DNA of 63,288 nucleotides, counting the filler, from Dehalococcoidia bacterium (GTDB lineage: Bacteria > Chloroflexota > Dehalococcoidia > DSTF01 > RBG-16-68-14): NCBI GenBank assembly GCA_040882355.1. It is 5 parts of 5 records of this genome, joined end to end, with 100 filler letters (N's around TTAATTAATTAA, not from the genome) between each part and the next. Parts side by side here need not be neighbours in the genome. Positions count along the whole stretch, not along the records: positions 51,537 to 63,288 come from JBBEBM010000074.1; 4 more parts are not named here. One strand, 5' to 3'. A model generated the notes under the pieces. The model saw nothing but the letters and a program-made list of their open reading frames with translations. It had not been told where the DNA came from and searched no databases. Made by a program: the position numbers and the translations under genes. Shown here in pieces: positions 57,815-63,288 of the stretch. The number at the start of each line of letters is the position of its first letter. The stretch's first letter is position 1.

Positions 57815-58609
57815 ATGCCCTACGTCTACGACGAAGCCGCCGCCGTCCGCTACGACGCCGCCGTCTCCCTGCAGCCGGGCGAGGTCGACTTCTACCTGGA
57901 GCTCGCCCGCGACGCGCAATCGCAGGGCCTGCCGACGCTCGAGCTCGCCTGCGGCACCGGCCGCATCGCCCTCCCGCTCGCCCGTGAGGGCATCGCGATC
58001 GTCGGCGTCGACAACTCGCCCGCGATGTTGGAGCGCGCCCGCGCGAAGAGCCTCGGGCTGGAGAACGCGCGCTGGCTCGAGGGCGACATGCGCGACTTCG
58101 ACCTCGGCGAGCGCTTCGGCCTCATCTTCATCGCGGTCGGCACGTTCCAGCTCCTGCACGAGGTCGAAGAGCAGCTCGCGTGCCTGCGCTGCATCGAACG
58201 GCACCTGGCGCCCACTGGGCGCTTCGCCTTTGAGGTCGAGAACCCGGACCTCGTGCGCATGTCGCAATGGCTCACCGACAGGCGCGGCACGTTCGTGCGC
58301 AACCCGTCGCGCGACCACGACGACCCCGACACCGGGCGGCGCGTCCTCGCCTGGGACACGGTCGAGTACCACCCGTCGCGCCAGCGCTACACCTCGCAGC
58401 GCATCCACGAGGAGCTGGACAGCGACGGGCGCACCGTCGCGCGCCGCTCCTACAACGAGCCGATGGTATTGCGCTACTTCCATCGCTACGAGATGGAGCA
58501 CCTGCTGGCGCGAGCCGGCCTGGAGGTCGAAGCCCTCTACGGCGATACCCTCAAGAACGAGTATCGCTCGACGAGTCCGGACTTCATCTGGGTCGCGCGG
58601 GCCATGTAG
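57815..58609 (+). CDS. Class I SAM-dependent methyltransferase
   Basis: LELACGTGR, GVDNSPAML, GDMRDF. Confidence 0.9.
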   Translation: MPYVYDEAAAVRYDAAVSLQPGEVDFYLELARDAQSQGLPTLELACGTGRIALPLAREGIAIVGVDNSPAMLERARAKSLGLENARWLEGDMRDFDLGERFGLIFIAVGTFQLLHEVEEQLACLRCIERHLAPTGRFAFEVENPDLVRMSQWLTDRRGTFVRNPSRDHDDPDTGRRVLAWDTVEYHPSRQRYTSQRIHEELDSDGRTVARRSYNEPMVLRYFHRYEMEHLLARAGLEVEALYGDTLKNEYRSTSPDFIWVARAM

Positions 58610-58835
58610 GGGCGGGTCTCAGACCCGCCCGGCCGGTCCCCCTCCGCGGGGGGGGGGGGGGGGGGGGNNNNNNNNNNCCCCCCCCCCCCGCGGCGATTAC
58701 GGCCACAAGGCCGGCGCGCCTAATGCTGGCACACGCTTCGAACAACCGGCCGCGCCCGCTACAATACGGTCGCCGTACCTGCAGACCTTCAGGTCTGCCA
58801 GGACTGGGAAGGGCTCAAGAAGGATAGGGTTTGGA

Positions 58836-59648
58836 ATGAACGACGCTCTCGTCTCGACGCAATGGGTGGCTGACCGCCTGGCCGAGTCCGGCGTGCGCGT
58901 AGTCGAGGTCTCCTTCGACGAGGGGGCGTACGTGTCGGGGCACCTGCCCGGCGCCGCGAACATCGACTGGCGGCGCGAGCTGATCGAGAACGAGGACGAG
59001 TCGTCGGGCATGGTGATCGCGCCGCAACGCTTCGCGGACCTGGCGCGTCGCCTCGGCCTGCGGCCGGACGACACGTTGGTGTTCTACGGAGACCAGGGCG
59101 GCCGCCACGCGACCCGCGCCTTCTGGATGTTCGAATACTATCGCCACCCGGGGGCGCTGCACGTGATGGACGGCGGCCGTGAACAGTGGCAGCGCGAGGG
59201 GCGCCCGGTGACGGCCGATGTGCCTGCTCTGACGCCGAGCGATTACCCGGTGCCCGGCCGCGCCGACGAGTCGCTCCGCGTGACGAAGGACGAGATCGTG
59301 TCAGGCCTGGGCCGGCAGGGGTTCGTCACGCTGGACGTGCGCACTCGAGGGGAATACGAGGGTACCGACGTGCGGGCGGCGCGCGGCGGCCACATCCCGG
59401 GCGCCACCCACATCTTCTGGGAGGAAGCGCTCACGCCTGATACGACGCTTCGCCCGAAAGGCGAGCTTGACGCGCTCTACGCCTCGTTGCCTAAGGACAG
59501 CGAGATCGCGGTGCACTGTCAGCTCGGAGTGCGGGCGGCGCACACGTGGTTCGTGCTGAGGCATGTCTTAGGCTATCCGAACGCCAAAAACTACGACGGA
59601 TCGTGGCAGGAGTGGGGTAACGAACCCGGTACGCCCATCGAGGGCTAG
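58836..59648 (+). CDS. Tandem-rhodanese sulfurtransferase
   Basis: GHLPGA, LDVR, GHIPGA, active-site HCQLGVR, NYDGSWQEW. Confidence 0.92.
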   Translation: MNDALVSTQWVADRLAESGVRVVEVSFDEGAYVSGHLPGAANIDWRRELIENEDESSGMVIAPQRFADLARRLGLRPDDTLVFYGDQGGRHATRAFWMFEYYRHPGALHVMDGGREQWQREGRPVTADVPALTPSDYPVPGRADESLRVTKDEIVSGLGRQGFVTLDVRTRGEYEGTDVRAARGGHIPGATHIFWEEALTPDTTLRPKGELDALYASLPKDSEIAVHCQLGVRAAHTWFVLRHVLGYPNAKNYDGSWQEWGNEPGTPIEG

Positions 59649-59670
59649 ACGGGTTGGCCCCGCGGACCCA

Positions 59671-59724
59671 GGTAAAGGCGGCGCGACTTTACCCCTTGAC
59701 AGCAACGCCCTTCACCCCTACGAT
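59671..59724 (+). promoter_or_regulatory. Sigma70-like promoter with an upstream palindrome
   Basis: TTGACA (59696-59701)-17 nt-TACGAT (59719-59724); GGTAAAG-N9-CTTTACC at 59671-59693. Confidence 0.65.
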
Positions 59725-59745
59725 CATCCTGACTAGCACAGGGAC

Positions 59746-59863
59746 ACGCCGAACTCCCCGATGAGGGGAGGCGGGGGAACCACCTTCAGGGGTGAAGTCT
59801 TCCGGAATGCTGGAAGAGGGGTGAACCTTCCACCCTAACCCGTCAGCTAACCTCGTAGGCGTT
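59746..59863 (+). ncRNA. c-di-AMP (ydaO/yuaA) riboswitch
   Basis: GCCGAA...GGGGGAACC...GGGGTGAA...AACCCGTCAGCTAACCTCGTAGGC signature. Confidence 0.9.
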
Positions 59864-59864
59864 G

Positions 59865-59896
59865 AAGGGCCGGTTACGGATGTATCGGCCCTTTTT
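59865..59896 (+). terminator. Riboswitch expression-platform terminator
   Basis: AAGGGCCG...CGGCCCTT stem followed by a T tract. Confidence 0.8.
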
Positions 59897-60122
59897 CTCT
59901 AGCCAGCGGGACCCGGGCAAGCCTATCGAAGGAGCGATGGCCTTGTGCGGCGCGCATCCGTCGCCGATGGCGGCTCCGATCGCAGACAACCCGACATATC
60001 GCTGTGTTCATTCCACCGTGCTCTCAACTTCAAGCCGTCTCTCGGCCTGGCGGAGGCAGGCTTGGGAGGCGGGCCGCTTACCTCTACCTGATAGAGGAGA
60101 CCACGGTAGAAGGGAGGTGACT

Positions 60123-60311
60123 ATGCAGAAGAAGAACCTACTCCTAGGCCTAGGTGCGGCCGTAGTTGCGTTCTCGACGCTCTTCGGAGTTGTCGCGTGC
60201 GACGACGACGAGGACGACGGCACTGGTGCCACGGACGAGCCGACAGCGGACGACACGCAGCCGACCGACAGCGGCGACGCCGCGGAGCCGACGGCGACCG
60301 AAGCCGCCTAA
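60123..60311 (+). CDS. 62-aa acidic lipoprotein
   Basis: GGGAGGTGA RBS; lipobox VVAC; the mature part is D/E/T/P/A-rich. Confidence 0.75.
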   Translation: MQKKNLLLGLGAAVVAFSTLFGVVACDDDEDDGTGATDEPTADDTQPTDSGDAAEPTATEAA

Positions 60312-60332
60312 TACGCTCAAGAACGAACCGAT

Positions 60333-60368
60333 CAGAGAGCGGGCCCACCTCCGAGGGCTCGCTCTCTG
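60333..60368 (+). terminator. Hairpin after the small lipoprotein
   Basis: CAGAGAGCGGGCCC/GGGCTCGCTCTCTG stem. Confidence 0.65.
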
Positions 60369-60448
60369 TCCTATCAGTGAAGCCACTGCTTCACCTCACG
60401 GGCCGGATGCGCTATGCTTCGCCAACGAGAACACCAAGGAGGCGTATC

Positions 60449-61135
60449 ATGACCACCGCGGCAGCCCCCATCGCTGATGAAGTCGACCGGCTGATCGAAG
60501 AACGCAGTCTGCTCAAGCACCCGTTCTACCAGGCCTGGCAGCGCGGCGAGCTAACGCTGGACATGCTCCGTAGCTACGCCTGCCAGTACTATCATCACGT
60601 GCTCGCGTTCCCCCAGTACGTGAGCGCGGCTCACGCGAACTGCCCCGACCAGGGTGACCGGCAGGAGCTGCTGGAGAACCTGATCGAGGAGGACCGGGGC
60701 GAGGAGAACCACCCGGAGCTGTGGCTGCGCTTCGGCGAGGCGCTGGGCCTGAAGCGCCGTGAGATGATCGAGAGCGTCCCGCTGCCGGAGACGCTCCGCC
60801 TGATCGAGACCTTCCGCGAGGCGACGAAGGACCGTTCGTTCGCGGAAGGGGCGACGGCGCTCTACTGCTACGAGTCGCAGGTGCCGGAGGTCGCGCGCCA
60901 GAAGATCGCCGGTCTGCAGCAGTTCTACGGCATTAACGATGAGCGCGGCATTCAGTTCTTCTCGGTGCACATTGAGGCGGACGAGTGGCACGCCGAGGTG
61001 GGTCGCGGCTTCGTGAGCCGCTACGGCGAAGCCGATCCCGCTGCTGTGCGCGCGACCGCGCAGCGCAGCGTTGACGCACTCTGGGGCTTCCTGGACGGCG
61101 TCTACCAGTCCACGGAGGTTGAGCGCGCCGGGTGA
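60449..61135 (+). CDS. CADD/CT610-family haem-oxygenase-like dimetal oxidase (putative pABA synthase)
   Basis: HPFY, ENLIEE..NHPELW, YESQVPEVARQK, HIEADEWH; AAGGAGG RBS. Confidence 0.85.
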   Translation: MTTAAAPIADEVDRLIEERSLLKHPFYQAWQRGELTLDMLRSYACQYYHHVLAFPQYVSAAHANCPDQGDRQELLENLIEEDRGEENHPELWLRFGEALGLKRREMIESVPLPETLRLIETFREATKDRSFAEGATALYCYESQVPEVARQKIAGLQQFYGINDERGIQFFSVHIEADEWHAEVGRGFVSRYGEADPAAVRATAQRSVDALWGFLDGVYQSTEVERAG

Positions 61136-61866
61136 GCCAGCCCCTCGACCTGCTCTTTCTTGGTTCCGGCAACGCGTTCGCCTCGGGTCGCTACTGGAGC
61201 AGCTTCCTGCTCAACGGCCGCTACCTCTTCGACGCGTCGCCGGCGGTGCTCGCACATCTGAAACGGTCCGGTACCGCGCCCGCCGACATCGAAGCGGTCT
61301 TCATCAGCCACTTCCACGCCGATCACTTCTTCGGCATTCCGTTCCTCCTCCTCGAGTACGCGGAGCTTTCGCATCGGGACAGCGACCTGACGATCGTCGG
61401 GCCACCGGGCATTCGGGAGCGGGTGCGGATGCTGACCAAGCTCGGCTTCCCCTACCTGCTGGAGCGGGAGCAGTCGTACAGGCAGCTCTTTGTCGAACTC
61501 TCGGACGGCAAGCAGGGCCAGGTCGGGGCGCTGCGCTACGTGGGTCGCTCTGTCGCTCACGTCGAGGAGATGGAGTGCTTTGGCTATCGTGTCGAGGTGG
61601 GCGGGCGGGTGCTGGCCTACTCCGGCGATACGGTCTTCTGCGAGTCACTGATCGAGATGGCGGAGGGCGCAGACGTCTTCGTCGTGGAGTGCTCGCGCTG
61701 GGACGAGAAGAGCGGCCCGCACCTGGGCCCGAGCGACATTCGTGAGCTGCGGCGCCGGCTGGGGCCGGAGCCGGCGTTCGTCCTCACGCACCTCGATAAC
61801 GGGACACCCGATCTGGACATCGAGAACGTGATCGTGGCGGAAGACTTTGCGCGCTACAGCTTCTAG
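61132..61866 (+). CDS. MBL-fold metallo-hydrolase (RNase Z-like)
   Basis: LGSG, SHFHADH, YSGDT, LTHL; GTGA overlap with the upstream gene. Confidence 0.87.
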   Translation: MSQPLDLLFLGSGNAFASGRYWSSFLLNGRYLFDASPAVLAHLKRSGTAPADIEAVFISHFHADHFFGIPFLLLEYAELSHRDSDLTIVGPPGIRERVRMLTKLGFPYLLEREQSYRQLFVELSDGKQGQVGALRYVGRSVAHVEEMECFGYRVEVGGRVLAYSGDTVFCESLIEMAEGADVFVVECSRWDEKSGPHLGPSDIRELRRRLGPEPAFVLTHLDNGTPDLDIENVIVAEDFARYSF

Positions 61867-62133
61867 TCAGTCGAGCAGCGCCGAGAGCGCTTCCGCAGCA
61901 GCTCGAAGCTGTTCGGTCTTCGCCTGCAGCTTCGCATCGATGCCGCGCGGGTCCCAGGGGTTGAAGCGGCCGGGGTGGCCGTAATCGGTCTGCTCCCACT
62001 TCGCGACGCCCGCCGCCAGCTCGAATGTCAGCTCGCGCCGGACCACGGCGTTGGGCGTGCCGTGGGCGGCGTCGTAGGGCGGCAGCGTTTGTTCGCTCAG
62101 GTGGACGGTCAGTTCTCGAGTGGCGTCGGGCAT
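61867..62133 (-). CDS. Hypothetical protein
   Basis: GGAGGAG RBS; 88 aa with typical codon usage. Confidence 0.6.
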   Translation of the reverse strand: MPDATRELTVHLSEQTLPPYDAAHGTPNAVVRRELTFELAAGVAKWEQTDYGHPGRFNPWDPRGIDAKLQAKTEQLRAAAEALSALLD

Positions 62134-62412
62134 GGGGCGCTCCTCCGTTCGTGGCGTGAGGCGTTCGCCGTCATAGTGGAACGGCCCGTCACGTTAGGCA
62201 AGGTTTGAGCGAGGGGCCGGGCTGAAGGTCCCGGCCTACACGATGATCCGGTGGCTGCACTGAGGGCGGAGCCAACCGTGTGGGCAGTGAATGCGTGATT
62301 GAATTAGCGAACCGTTCGCTGCTAGAATTGGCGGGAGATTGTGAAACGCTTCCCCAACGCTGCGCCGGCGGCTATGCTGGCCAGACGGGGCACGCTGACT
62401 GAAGGAGCGTCG

Positions 62413-62889
62413 ATGTACGGTCTGGGGATCGCCAAAGGGCTCTGGGTCACGCTCAAGCACATCGTGAAGCCGCCCTTCACTGTCCAGTACCCTGAGGAAG
62501 TGCGGCCGATCCCGGTGCGGGCCCGCACTAACCTGATCTGGTTCGAGGAGCGCTGTACGGGCTGCTCTACCTGCGCCCAGGCCTGCCCCGACGGCTGCAT
62601 CCTCGTCGCGACATCTCCCGCTGAGGACGGCTCCCTCAACGTCGACCGGTACGAAATCGACTTCCGGATCTGCATGTACTGCGGCCTCTGCACGGAGGCA
62701 TGCCCGTACCAGGCGATCCAGGCGGGTGGGACGTGGAAAGACGTCGTCTCCGGCTTCGGCGAGATGTACCGCGACCGGCCGGCGCTGACGAACTTCGCTC
62801 ACGAGTATCTCAAGGAGAACGACTACACCTACCCCCACGGCGCACGCGCTCCGCAAGAAACGATCGAGCTGATCGAACGGGAAGGGTAG
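62413..62889 (+). CDS. nuoI: NADH-quinone oxidoreductase subunit I-like
   Basis: TVQYPEE, CTGCSTCAQACP, CMYCGLCTEACP. Confidence 0.85.
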   Translation: MYGLGIAKGLWVTLKHIVKPPFTVQYPEEVRPIPVRARTNLIWFEERCTGCSTCAQACPDGCILVATSPAEDGSLNVDRYEIDFRICMYCGLCTEACPYQAIQAGGTWKDVVSGFGEMYRDRPALTNFAHEYLKENDYTYPHGARAPQETIELIEREG

Positions 62890-62899
62890 GGAACGCCGC

Positions 62900-63288
62900 G
62901 TGGCCCAGCTCACCATCGACGGGCAGACGATCGAAGCGAGGGATGGCGCGCCGCTCGTCGAAGTGCTGAAGCACAACGGCTTCTACGTCTCCAACCTCTG
63001 CTACATCGATGGCCTGCCGCCCTACGCCGGCTGCCGCACCTGCCTGGTGGAGATCGAGGGCGCGCGCGGGCTGCAGCTCTCCTGCACGACCCCCGTGCGC
63101 GACGGCATGGTGGTGAACTCGGCTACCGAGCAGGTGAAGCAGGCTCGCCAGTATGTCCTCTCGATCATCAACGCCAACCACTCCGACCGCTGCCTGACTT
63201 GCCATCGGCGCGTGAAGTGCATGCCAGGCGACATCTGCCTGCGCGACGACGTGGTGACGCATCGCTGCTTGACGTGCTCGAAGAACTA
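62900..63288 (+). CDS. NuoG / formate-dehydrogenase-like N-terminal 2Fe-2S region, 3' truncated
   Basis: GTG start; LTIDG, LCY...GCRTCLVEI, LSCTTP, HSDRCLTC. Confidence 0.82.
   Translation, partial: MAQLTIDGQTIEARDGAPLVEVLKHNGFYVSNLCYIDGLPPYAGCRTCLVEIEGARGLQLSCTTPVRDGMVVNSATEQVKQARQYVLSIINANHSDRCLTCHRRVKCMPGDICLRDDVVTHRCLTCSKN

Noticed and set aside
60123..61135. Small peptide plus dimetal oxidase as a RiPP cluster
   Set aside because: The peptide has a lipoprotein signal and is followed by a terminator-like hairpin, and the oxidase keeps the CADD Tyr/Lys self-substrate residues.

Overview
High-GC bacterial draft or metagenome sequence. It is five unrelated contigs (1-13435, 13536-26864, 26965-39278, 39379-51436, 51537-63288) joined by artificial 100-bp N/TTAATTAATTAA/N linkers, so gene order across linkers is meaningless. 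GAAC-N4-GTTC SOS boxes, five family III CoA-transferases, tRNA-Sec and many acidic lipoproteins suggest Chloroflexota/Dehalococcoidia (inference). Most genes are housekeeping or catabolic: lexA, holA, trxB, scpB, a Liv-type ABC operon, a Mo-hydroxylase trio, acyl-CoA enzymes, a GH31 glycosidase, a CADD-type oxidase and nuoI. The top finding is in a defence operon (adenine DNA methyltransferase, DUF262/HNH nuclease, RelE-like/UvrD helicase). A complete four-helix-bundle (23S-IVP/Avd-like) gene is nested on the same strand, in another frame, inside the methyltransferase gene. It is bracketed by inverted 7-mer-repeat arms that could fold into one RNA stem, and the host frame stays open through it. 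Other highlights are a LexA-boxed 42-aa zinc-ribbon microprotein, a c-di-AMP riboswitch driving a lone 62-aa acidic lipoprotein, nested REP-like elements inserted in frame into ORFs, and a frameshifted HEPN toxin. All family calls come from motif recognition by eye; no database search was run.
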